Origin: Caldisericia bacterium
Lineage (GTDB): Bacteria > Caldisericota > Caldisericia > JAAYUI01
Length of the DNA stretch: 64,000 nt
Reading direction: 5' to 3'
Assembly (NCBI GenBank): GCA_017992555.1
Contig: JAGOOK010000003.1
Location: 15,776-79,775, forward strand
Part shown: in pieces, positions 55,701-63,451 of the stretch
Position numbering within the stretch: the first letter of the stretch is position 1
Layout of the letters: each line of letters begins with the position of its first letter
Notes under the pieces: generated by a model
Databases searched by the model: none
Seen by the model: the letters and a program-made list of their open reading frames with translations, nothing else
Told to the model about the DNA's origin: nothing
Translations under genes and position numbers: made by a program

Positions 55701-56421
55701 GCCTTCTGACGAGATTTTCAAGCAAGATGGGAATTTTGGGGTTGTATATTGAAACTGGAGTTGGCTGGAGGTTTTGTATCTGCCAGATGAGGCTTGATAT
55801 CTTTGTATCATTGAAAGGTGGCCTTCCTGTGCAAAGGTAGTATCCTATCGAGCCGAAGCTGTAGAGGTTTGAACTTATGGTTCGCTCTTCGTAGCGCAAT
55901 ATCTCTGGGACCATCCAGGCAACTTCGTTTGTTACGTCTGTGGTTTTCATCTGTTTGAGGCTGGTCTGGTCAGAAGAAAGTTTTATAAAGTCAAAAATTT
56001 TTATGTTATAATCTTCATCAATTATGTAGATATTGTCTGGCTTGAGATCCGTGAGAATAATGTCATTTGAATGGAGACAATCAATTGCATTGGCAATATT
56101 TATCAGAACCTTTATTAATTTGTCTCGATTCAATCTTACCTGAGAAAGTTTCTCGCCCTCTATGAGCTCATAAGCTATGTACTTGCCGCCATCACATTCG
56201 CCCCACTCGATGATTTTTACAATACCTGGGCTGTCGGCCTGTTTTATGGTTGCAAGCTCGTTTTCAAACTGTACCCATCTTGGCGCTTTTTTTGATGAGA
56301 GCAAAATTGTTCTTATCAATACATCTTTGCCACTTTCCATGTCAAGCGCGAGATAGATATCATCTTGCATGGGAAGCTTTGATTTCAGCTTAAACCTTTC
56401 CCCTAAGACCCTCTCGTTCAT
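52744..56421 (-). CDS. Ser/Thr protein kinase fused to AAA (P-loop NTPase) and TPR-like helical repeat domains
   Basis: 1225 aa. Kinase catalytic loop ILTDLKPDNIYI, then IKIFDF and WMVPE. Walker A IDGGHGVGKTRIM. A long alpha-helical C-terminal half. Confidence 0.85.
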   Translation of the reverse strand: MNERVLGERFKLKSKLPMQDDIYLALDMESGKDVLIRTILLSSKKAPRWVQFENELATIKQADSPGIVKIIEWGECDGGKYIAYELIEGEKLSQVRLNRDKLIKVLINIANAIDCLHSNDIILTDLKPDNIYIIDEDYNIKIFDFIKLSSDQTSLKQMKTTDVTNEVAWMVPEILRYEERTISSNLYSFGSIGYYLCTGRPPFNDTKISSLIWQIQNLQPTPVSIYNPKIPILLENLVRRLLRKNPKSRPSCMKDVLKVLEQGQKDQSLGKNIISNSGSIINRGLLVGRSKELDLIKSAVLSEEAGLKTLIIDGGHGVGKTRIMQEIASLARSQDMPVLYATCEKINHKKPFGILGQLVCEAALELGFGSFGKSPYKNIFATLCPNIADRLMVGNSPDLEKDPVSFNLSIPKAITWLFNECSQKGRFVVEIDDAQWCDQNSLEIINQSAKEIQNPNMTVVIANSSNTKTTSQNLIGEISFSGYTQTIRLNPFSPAETAELIDIIIGLENISKETTDLLVGASKGNATYLLQMLSGMACRGYITSSGETKKISPDELPTNSNELASWRIGYLDSKLKAILCEAAVIGETFDEQMLFSVTSFEEGDIEETLDEAISSMMLSTFKIAGSYKYKFIENQIRTKLLEETNPKLLISIHDKCAKYIQAKQKTDKNESADELIEHLLDGSNPAKSIPVLLSASIMAESQFAIRQALEYAKKALEASIRASDSSLETVSSLRLAKIMKLQGKFDEAEKTLSGMLSALKKAGVDTDSESEILLALADLEASQAKFFEAQQRTQEAYRLVGRNDEDEKLIKLHLQESVNMKDYDFSQMALHAIKSSDSAIKSQNASLRIKALLNLSYAKYFQGYFSDSLDILEKISAEISDTSWVRMKARFFHLKALLAIIGGSMSQASEDNLMAREISFKMDSQPLLATTLCIDALIKHNQCDLDSVRRLMERAIEISILTGQKMQACRFLVKMAQFQIEDNDKDGAKFYLQRAKDIEKRVPELPIRPSIVLEARIVFEEEQLKKCQDLMDEALNSAHCLDFEQKMALAILNIKLLEHQNEHKKAMALIKSASEKMKQVVQTPYYSCELGLLTAQAACNLLLENLQKTKKSSIISITPQWQGDMAKTAKEALDQAFLGSLSSGARCQSFNVALAYSIYHAIMTNYDQDNLKHHQAETSRYLEIAVQMSDELKKPNLKTKLKRTAEIIKMNIRSGIVKKSTFDVI

Positions 56422-56444
56422 AATTATATTTATTTTATATATTA

Positions 56445-57293
56445 TTGTCTTTTGCGCAATTATGTCTCTTGAATTTATTAGGAACGCGTATTAGGCTAAA
56501 AGTGGTGAATATCGTTTGGGCTGGCCTTTCCAATACCGGTAAAATAAAAGAAAACAATGAGGACCATTATGCCATTGTTCCCCCTCAGTATCCTGAACTT
56601 CCCTATATCTTCGCCATATCCGATGGTGTCGGTGGAAGAAAAGGTGGCGACCTTGCCTCGGTGAGAGCGATTCAGGTCATAAGCGACTATTTTGTTCGTC
56701 ATTTGCCAAAATCTTACAATTCCCCTGAAGTAACGCAAAAAGCCTTTGAGATTGCAAATAGTGACCTCAGGTTAACAGGCTCATCAAATGCCAATCTGAG
56801 TGGAATGGGAACAACGGTTGTTTTTGCCGCTCTTTTCGAGGACACCCTCCAGGTAACATGGATCGGAGACTCAAGGGCTTACATACTAAGAAAAAATATT
56901 TTAGAGCAGATCACAACCGATCACACTCTGCCAAATGAATTGTTCAAAAGGGGCTCAATAACCCAAAAACAACTTAAAAACCACCCTTGCAAACATCATT
57001 TGGTGCGCGCATTGGGAATTGATGAAACAGTAAAGCCGGAAATGGTGCAGGTTCCAGCTCAAAATCTTGAATGGATGGTTTTGTGCACTGACGGACTCTA
57101 TGAACATGTTTCTGATATAGAAATCCAGGGAGCCATCCAGAAACTAAATGACCCAACTTTGGTTACCAAAAAACTCATTCAGATGGCCCTTTCAAGGGGT
57201 GGAACCGACAATGTGACTGTGGTTGTGGTAAAGATGGCTGGCACACAAGCAAAAGAAGACAAGGCCAGCAAAAACAGGTTTGGTATCTTCTAG
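56445..57293 (+). CDS. PP2C-family Ser/Thr protein phosphatase
   Basis: Has NEDHYAI, AISDGVGG, GMGTTVV, WIGDSRAY, LCTDGL, GGTDNVTVVVV. The true start is probably a GTG at 56502/56505. Confidence 0.88.
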   Translation: MSFAQLCLLNLLGTRIRLKVVNIVWAGLSNTGKIKENNEDHYAIVPPQYPELPYIFAISDGVGGRKGGDLASVRAIQVISDYFVRHLPKSYNSPEVTQKAFEIANSDLRLTGSSNANLSGMGTTVVFAALFEDTLQVTWIGDSRAYILRKNILEQITTDHTLPNELFKRGSITQKQLKNHPCKHHLVRALGIDETVKPEMVQVPAQNLEWMVLCTDGLYEHVSDIEIQGAIQKLNDPTLVTKKLIQMALSRGGTDNVTVVVVKMAGTQAKEDKASKNRFGIF

Positions 57294-57811
57294 GAATCTT
57301 TTGGGACGATCCTGACTTCTCCACCACAATATGGACATTTTGTTATCGGTTGTGAGAGTGGCTGTTCCCTTCCACAATAAATGCACTTTCTTACCATCTT
57401 TTTTGGTTTTACGGAATCAAAAATATAATATTGGCCATCATTTGCCATCTCTGCCCTGCAGTTGCCGGCAGAGCAGAGCCTGTCAAGCGATTCAAGTGCC
57501 TGGCCCTTGTTTACATAAAGGTTTGAGACGACCATTTCAGCTGTGAGCTTTCCGTCGTATTTTGATGCAAGCCTTAGCACATCGGCATCAATGAACGCAG
57601 GCGTATTCTGGTCAACATTTCTTTTTAGAACAGATGAGACAACAAATGCCGCTATTGCCGCGGCGGCCATAATAAGCGCCGTCATGACGCGCGATGAGTT
57701 GGCTGATGATGCAATAAAAAAGAGTATTGAAAGAGCGGCAAGAGCAATGCCCGCAATTATCAAAACAACAAAAAGAGTTCTTTTTACAAAGAGCATCTCT
57801 ATCCTTTCCAT
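57290..57811 (-). CDS. Two-TM membrane protein with cytoplasmic domain and C-terminal zinc ribbon
   Basis: TMs LFVVLIIAGIALAALSILFFIA and ALIMAAAAIAAFVVSSVL. The C-terminus reads CIYCG...CPYCGG. Last gene of the rSAM operon; its stop overlaps the PP2C stop convergently. Confidence 0.6.
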   Translation of the reverse strand: MERIEMLFVKRTLFVVLIIAGIALAALSILFFIASSANSSRVMTALIMAAAAIAAFVVSSVLKRNVDQNTPAFIDADVLRLASKYDGKLTAEMVVSNLYVNKGQALESLDRLCSAGNCRAEMANDGQYYIFDSVKPKKMVRKCIYCGREQPLSQPITKCPYCGGEVRIVPKDS

Positions 57812-58959
57812 GAAGCCGTGGCTTCTTTTATCGAACCTGCAACATCTTCAAACATCCCCTTGATTCCTGATTCGGTGAGGTTGTTTTTGATGATCCCGTC
57901 CACTGATTCGGCCAAATCTTTGGGGTTCTCGCAGAGCTTTTTTTCGTCTTTGACCTTCAATGCCACATCTTTCCAGGCTGAATGGAATTTGATAGCGCTA
58001 TCTGGGATTGCGATCTCCAGTTTTTTCAGCGCCTGGTGCATGTTTTGCTCGTCCAGCAGCCCCTTGAATGTGTTTCTGATGTTTGACAGGCCCTCTGATA
58101 TTCCATTTAGAGAACCTAGTATTGAGGACATTTTTTTAAGACCCTCAACGAGCAGATTGGCCTTTTCCTTGTTTTTTGCAATTGCCTTGAAATTTTCATC
58201 CAGCTCTTTTGGAAGGCCTGGTTTCCCAGAGAAAGACTCGACTGCTGGCCCAAGCGCTGCCATGAGCACCAATGAGTCAAAATTTCCCTGTATCTCGCTC
58301 TTTTCCACAAGCAGGCTGGCCGCTTCGCTTTGTATCGCCATCCATCTCTGGGTTATCTCATTGCATGCAAGCTGATTGTCTGTGAGGTCTTTTTTCCATG
58401 CTTTCCTAACATTTTCTATCTCTGCGGTGAGCTGTTTCAGCCTGTCGAGTGATTTTTTGTACTCCTTTTCGAGCATTGTTACTTTTGAACCGGCAAACCA
58501 TCCGCTTATCCCGTCGTATTTTGCCAGCTGCCTGGAAAGCAGGAGAGTTTCTTTTTTGGCCTCTTCTATTTTTGGTTTGAGGGCCTCTTCCTGTTCATTC
58601 AGCTCGGGGTTTTCTTTTGAAAGCCCGACCAGCTTCTGGACGTTTTTTTCCTCAATCTCGCCGGCTTCCTTGTTTAATTTTGCCAGTTCTGACTCAATTT
58701 TCTCCAGTTTCTCTTTGAAGAGTTTTTCCTGGGCAGTTTTTTCTTTTTCGATGATATTTTTGAGGTCACCAGGCAATGAATCCATCTTGCCTTTTATGAA
58801 AACGGCAGATTTCTCTAGCCTGCTTTTTGAGTCCTGGTGGAGCTTTACAAGTTCTGCATTGAAAGACTGTTGTGCCTCTTCAAGCTCCGTATAAAGCTGT
58901 TTTATGTCGCCAGTCCATGAATCGACAAGTTTTATTGTGTCTGAAAGGTCAAGCTTCAT
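57799..58959 (-). CDS. Soluble coiled-coil protein, function unknown
   Basis: 386 aa, Lys/Glu/Leu-rich with a heptad-like pattern. AGGAGG SD 8 nt upstream. Overlaps the rSAM stop by 11 nt. Confidence 0.6.
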   Translation of the reverse strand: MKLDLSDTIKLVDSWTGDIKQLYTELEEAQQSFNAELVKLHQDSKSRLEKSAVFIKGKMDSLPGDLKNIIEKEKTAQEKLFKEKLEKIESELAKLNKEAGEIEEKNVQKLVGLSKENPELNEQEEALKPKIEEAKKETLLLSRQLAKYDGISGWFAGSKVTMLEKEYKKSLDRLKQLTAEIENVRKAWKKDLTDNQLACNEITQRWMAIQSEAASLLVEKSEIQGNFDSLVLMAALGPAVESFSGKPGLPKELDENFKAIAKNKEKANLLVEGLKKMSSILGSLNGISEGLSNIRNTFKGLLDEQNMHQALKKLEIAIPDSAIKFHSAWKDVALKVKDEKKLCENPKDLAESVDGIIKNNLTESGIKGMFEDVAGSIKEATASWKG

Positions 58960-60346
58960 CAGCTACGCCTCCTACCGGCCTAGATTTGCCGACGTATTTT
59001 CTTTTTGCTTTCCAGAGCAACTCTGGAATGATTTTTCTTCCCTTTCCAAGCTCGTCAAAACATCCCCTGTTGTCCCAGTAAAGAGGGCATGCCCCGCAAC
59101 AGACGTTTTTCTTGTCGCAATCACTGCATACTGGTGGGACAAACTCCTTTTTTCTGAAGTAGAGAGACTGCCTGTTGAACCAGATGTCCCTAAAATTCTC
59201 TTTTAGTAAATTTCCAACCCCATTTTCAAAAGAAGAACAGGGTAGAACTGACCCATCTGGTGCCACTGAAAGCAGGCCGTCGGATGCTGCACAGCTTGTT
59301 CCACCAATGCCTTCGGCGACAGTGTTTATGATGCAATATGGCATAGGGGAGTACCACACCAGCTTTATTCCTGCTTTTTTGCACTCCGATTTTATCTTTG
59401 GGAGCACCCTGGCAATCTCGGTGTATCCGACCTCGTCAGGATGGTCCTGCGCATGGCCGGTCCTTATCACCATGTTCATCGACTGGTACTCGAGCCCAAG
59501 CTCCTCTTTTGCGAATTTTGGCAGCTGGTCAACATAGTCAATGTTGTCCTTGCATATCGTTGTGTTTATGTGGGTGTGTATTCCCAGAGACTTGAGTTTC
59601 TTGAACCCGTCAACGGTTTTTCTGAATGCCATTGGGTGGCCAACCACCCTGTCATGGACTTCTGGTATGGATGATTCAAGGGAAACCTGTGCCGAATCCA
59701 GCCCGGCTTCTTTCAATCTGTATGGCAGGTCTGTAACGCCACACATTATGCCGTTGGTTATCAGGTTCACTCTCAAACCAATGCTTTTTGCATAAGAAAC
59801 TATTTCTACGATATCTTTGCGCAGAGTTGGCTCTCCGCCAGTTAACGAAACCGTTGGCACCTTGGCGTCGTTTTTGATTGTCAGGAGGATTTTTTTTACC
59901 TGTTCAGTCGTCATTCCTGGCAATGCCTTTCCCCTCTCGGGTGAAGATGCATAGCAAAAAACGCATTTGTTCTGGCAACGGTAGGTCAGCGCAATCTCCG
60001 AGAGAACAGGCAGTTCCCTCTTGTGGGAGCCAAAGCTAGTCGTTTTGACCTGCACAGGCATACATTCTGGGCTTTTCAGGAGCTCAAGGATTGTTTCCAG
60101 GAGTCTCCTGGCGTCCTTTGCGACGTCCTCTTCCTTGACACCATAATTGTTGGCTACATCTTTTATCGCAAGGTAGGATTGCCCCTGGGGCAGGGAATAC
60201 ATCTTCCCCAAAAGCTCAACGCCGGTCCTGTTGAGGTAATGGACCTTGTTGGGTTTTATGATCAGGACCCCGTCCTCGTCCCTTACAAACACATAATCTC
60301 TTGTGCTGTCAACAACCTGGTTGACAAATTGCCCATAATTATCCAT
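58949..60346 (-). CDS. Radical SAM / SPASM-domain maturase with N-terminal PqqD-like (RRE) domain
   Basis: CQNKCVFC (CX3CX2C) and C-terminal CSDCDKKNVCCGAC (CX2CX5CX3C). The N-terminus reads VFVRDEDGVLIIKPNKVHYLNRTGVELL...DVAKDARRLLETI. The ATG at 60346 overlaps the upstream stop as TAATG (the ORF track offers a TTG at 60376). Confidence 0.88.
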   Translation of the reverse strand: MDNYGQFVNQVVDSTRDYVFVRDEDGVLIIKPNKVHYLNRTGVELLGKMYSLPQGQSYLAIKDVANNYGVKEEDVAKDARRLLETILELLKSPECMPVQVKTTSFGSHKRELPVLSEIALTYRCQNKCVFCYASSPERGKALPGMTTEQVKKILLTIKNDAKVPTVSLTGGEPTLRKDIVEIVSYAKSIGLRVNLITNGIMCGVTDLPYRLKEAGLDSAQVSLESSIPEVHDRVVGHPMAFRKTVDGFKKLKSLGIHTHINTTICKDNIDYVDQLPKFAKEELGLEYQSMNMVIRTGHAQDHPDEVGYTEIARVLPKIKSECKKAGIKLVWYSPMPYCIINTVAEGIGGTSCAASDGLLSVAPDGSVLPCSSFENGVGNLLKENFRDIWFNRQSLYFRKKEFVPPVCSDCDKKNVCCGACPLYWDNRGCFDELGKGRKIIPELLWKAKRKYVGKSRPVGGVADEA

Positions 60347-62982
60347 TAGAAGCTGGATACGCAGGCACTGTGGCAAGCCGAGTGGCAGGCACTATGGCAA
60401 ACGCAGGCACTGTGGCATGCGGAATGGCATGCGGAATGGACACACGCCGAGTGGCAAGCATCATGCACGCAAGCGCTGTGGCAAGCCGAGTGGCAAGCGG
60501 AATGGCATGCATCATAAGCCTTGTTTGCGACATTTGGTATACCCAATCCCAATGCGTTTTCTACAGCCTCTGTAGTTTTTGAAACTGCGCCTTCAACAGA
60601 TGAAGCAAGGCTTGATGCAAAATTTTCCACCGAGGAAGCCGCTTTGTCTGCCCATCCGACGAAAACGGGCTGATACTGGTTCGGGAGCCGCCTCACGTTG
60701 TCATGGTATCTGTCAGAGAGAATGAGCCATGGAATCATCCTGCGGGTGTAGAGTTCATCAACAGGAGCAGCACCCCTTCTGTAGAGGTTCCATGAGTTTT
60801 CTATCTCGTCCTGGTATTTTTTCCTTGTGGCCTTGGGGTCGGCGTCCCATATCTTGCCGGACAGCGATTTGGCCACAGCATCAATAATTGTGGAGACTTT
60901 GTCTCTTGGAATTGTTCCCTCTGGAGTCACGCATTCAAGAAGCGCTTTTTCATAAGGTTCTGTTGCCAGTTTTGGATTGGTTAGCTCAAGCTGGATCGGT
61001 GTCTTGCCGACTATCGTTACAGCATTTTTTGTTGCAAGCTGGAGCACTATCAGCCCTATCACCTTGTCCTGCTGACCAAGATACATTGCAGCCTCGATGG
61101 CGTTCAGGTCGGCAATCTTTCCCTCTACAGAGAATGTTTCGAGCTCTATTTCTGGCGACTCGTACTTTGTGGCTTCCCTTATCTGCTTGAGTCTGGCCTT
61201 TCTCTTGCCTATCTTTGCCAGCCAGAAAAGCAGCAAAATTCCAAGGATGAGGAACGCAAAGAATATTATCGTGCCTGACCTGTCGTGCCAGAACCTTGCA
61301 AACAGGAACCCCTTCTTGAAGGTCCCTGCGGGGAAACTGACATACAAATTTTCAAGCCCCTCTGGCTTGATGGATGAAATCTCGGAGTAGATCTTGTTTC
61401 CTTCAGCCTTGAAGCTGTCGGAATTTGCATTGCCAGGGTAGTACACTTCGGCCGGTCCAAGGCCTTCAGGGTAGGTCAGTTCTATATAAAGTTTCTTTAT
61501 TGCAGCATTGCTGTTTCCAAACAGCAGACCAAGATCGAAGTATTGAAAATCCTCGTTCGTGTCAGTGTATGTGCCGTCTATTGCGGCACCATATATTTTA
61601 AAACCGTATCTGAACGTTTTTTTCTCGCCGTTTTTTGCGCCCCAGTAATAAGTCAGTTTCTGCCAGTCGAAAATATCGTGGTATGTCCTGAGGATGTATG
61701 TGCCAGGGGTGCCTGATTTGGAGAGAATAAAGTCCGTTTCATTTTCTTTTACAAAAGAGGCCTCCATCCACTGGTATTTGTCCAGTGTTATCGATATTTC
61801 GTTGCTCCAGTCGCCCTTGTTGCCCCTGAATAGCATGTCCGACTGGATTTCGTATGTGGCGGTCCCCTTTGAATCGATATCAATTTTTATCTTTGCCGAT
61901 TCTATTACCTGGCTGGTCACATTTTCAGCGTTATATGTGGCTTCTGGCGTTGCCATTATTACTGAATCGTTTTTGCCGATGATTTTTGCCTGGTAGTAGG
62001 CTGTCTCGCCGGGTTCCAGCGAGTCGCTATCGAGGAGAAAATATGTGTTGCTGTTGCTGGCCTTGATCAGCTCATTCTGGAATACTCTTGTTTTGTTACC
62101 AATTTTTCTGACAAGTTGCAGTTTCCCGCTACTTAGCCATTTTGGGTCAACATTCATGATGTTGACCGTTCTCGTGTCGTCATCGATTCCGGCAACAATG
62201 TTTATAAAAAAGTTTTTTTCTTCCTTTTCTGGGGGGTTTACTTGTGAAGTGAAATATTTTTCTGGAAGGAAAAGCTCGACATAGGCTTTTTCTTTAGCAG
62301 CGGCATTGTCTTTCTCTGCATGAATCGAAAGATAGTTTTTGCCCGTTCTTTCGTCCGGAGTTGGGAAGAAGATGAATCTGTCAAAATTTGACTTGTTCGA
62401 TTCGTTTGTTTGCAGTTCTGTTGCGTCTACTACGGCGTCTGTGACCTGTTCCGGCTTGTTAATGTTGCTGGAGAGCTCAATTGGAAGGACAATCTGGACA
62501 ATGATCTTTTCGATTGGCACGCTCCACTGGATTGGTGCCCAGCCAAAGTCCCTTGTCCCTTGCTTGGAATTGCCGGTAATATCGCGATCAATTGCGTATT
62601 CCCAATGTAAGGTGTATGTTTTTCCCGGAACAGTTTCAGAACCAAATTCTGCCTTATAAAAATTATCCCCCAGGGGAACAAGCGAAGCAGGGATTTTTTG
62701 GCTCCCTTCGAGGAGGTATTGGTCTTTTATCCTGTGTCCGCTGTCGAAAGGCCCAAGCTTGTTGATGACGTCCCTGCTCTCGGTCTCCAGGAACGTGAGG
62801 TCCTGCTTGACTGTTGCAGTGCCATCAGATTGAAGAACAAAGTAGCTCTTGAATTCTTTTAGGTCAGGGGCCCCAGCTGCTTTTAATGAGAGCAAGGGAA
62901 ACTGTAATAAAAAAAGAAAGAACAAGGCGAGCGAAATGGCCCGCCTTGTTTTGTCACTTCTTGCCACGAGTTGCGATCTCAT
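60346..62982 (-). CDS. DUF2207-like single-pass membrane protein with cytoplasmic C-terminal (A-C-H-S)n Cys/His repeat tail
   Basis: 878 aa. Signal peptide, then a large extracytoplasmic beta-rich part with a DUF2207-like N-domain (SVPIEKIIVQIVLP). TM IIFFAFLILGILLLFWLA followed by KIGKRKARLK. Cytoplasmic region LNAIEAAMYLG...LQLATKNAV, and a tail ending ...ACHSACHSACVSSF. Confidence 0.8.
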   Translation of the reverse strand: MRSQLVARSDKTRRAISLALFFLFLLQFPLLSLKAAGAPDLKEFKSYFVLQSDGTATVKQDLTFLETESRDVINKLGPFDSGHRIKDQYLLEGSQKIPASLVPLGDNFYKAEFGSETVPGKTYTLHWEYAIDRDITGNSKQGTRDFGWAPIQWSVPIEKIIVQIVLPIELSSNINKPEQVTDAVVDATELQTNESNKSNFDRFIFFPTPDERTGKNYLSIHAEKDNAAAKEKAYVELFLPEKYFTSQVNPPEKEEKNFFINIVAGIDDDTRTVNIMNVDPKWLSSGKLQLVRKIGNKTRVFQNELIKASNSNTYFLLDSDSLEPGETAYYQAKIIGKNDSVIMATPEATYNAENVTSQVIESAKIKIDIDSKGTATYEIQSDMLFRGNKGDWSNEISITLDKYQWMEASFVKENETDFILSKSGTPGTYILRTYHDIFDWQKLTYYWGAKNGEKKTFRYGFKIYGAAIDGTYTDTNEDFQYFDLGLLFGNSNAAIKKLYIELTYPEGLGPAEVYYPGNANSDSFKAEGNKIYSEISSIKPEGLENLYVSFPAGTFKKGFLFARFWHDRSGTIIFFAFLILGILLLFWLAKIGKRKARLKQIREATKYESPEIELETFSVEGKIADLNAIEAAMYLGQQDKVIGLIVLQLATKNAVTIVGKTPIQLELTNPKLATEPYEKALLECVTPEGTIPRDKVSTIIDAVAKSLSGKIWDADPKATRKKYQDEIENSWNLYRRGAAPVDELYTRRMIPWLILSDRYHDNVRRLPNQYQPVFVGWADKAASSVENFASSLASSVEGAVSKTTEAVENALGLGIPNVANKAYDACHSACHSACHSACVHDACHSACVHSACHSACHSACVCHSACHSACHSACVSSF
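60349..60510 (-). repeat. Coding tetrapeptide repeat: ACHS x3, ACVHD, ACHS, ACVHS, ACHS x2, ACV, CHS, ACHS x2, ACVSSF
   Basis: Direct translation of the minus strand gives 13 Cys at CXXX spacing and 11 His. The units use different synonymous codons. Confidence 0.9.
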
Positions 62983-63373
62983 TTTCGAGCCAAGGTGCTA
63001 TCTTGTCTCCACCATAAAGGTTTCCAAGTTCTCCTACGTCCTTCATTTCAACCTTGAATAACCAATTATTGTAAGGGTCCTTGTTAATTGCAGATGGGTC
63101 ATCTACGGCATCTTCATTGACTGCAATTACTGTTCCAGAGACAGGGCTATATATTTTCCCAAGCCATTTTCCGGTTTCAAGTGAGCCAACCTGATCATTC
63201 TGGGAAACCTCATCATCTTCCATTGGAAGTTCTATGAAGGAAATTTCCCCAGCAAGTTTGGTTCCAAATTCATCTATCCCAACGATTGCAACGTTGCCAT
63301 CTTTTTTAACCCAGAAATGCTCCTTGTGGTAATAAAGGTCATCTGGCAGATTATAGTCGCCAATTTTTGGCAT
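62954..63373 (-). CDS. Glycine-cleavage H-protein (lipoyl-carrier) family paralog 1
   Basis: 139 aa with YHKEHFWV..., VGIDEFGTKLAGEISFIELP, and SLETGKWLGKIYSPVSGTVIAVNE, which aligns to the ESVKA lipoyl-Lys motif. Overlaps the 878-aa gene by 29 nt. Confidence 0.8.
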   Translation of the reverse strand: MPKIGDYNLPDDLYYHKEHFWVKKDGNVAIVGIDEFGTKLAGEISFIELPMEDDEVSQNDQVGSLETGKWLGKIYSPVSGTVIAVNEDAVDDPSAINKDPYNNWLFKVEMKDVGELGNLYGGDKIAPWLENEIATRGKK

Positions 63374-63451
63374 ACGATACCTCCTTTAGATTCACTTAAA
63401 TATGATGAATTTTACAACGCTGTTTTCACCACGTCAACATGGAAAGGAACC

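Noticed and set aside
60339-60582. Alternative-frame ORFs across the Cys-repeat DNA: 64 aa on the minus strand (ATRLATALA...) and 70 aa on the plus strand (GMACGMD...).
   Set aside because: Unit-to-unit nucleotide differences are synonymous only in the ACHS frame, including the TCN/AGY Ser switches. That frame is also continuous with an 878-aa ORF.
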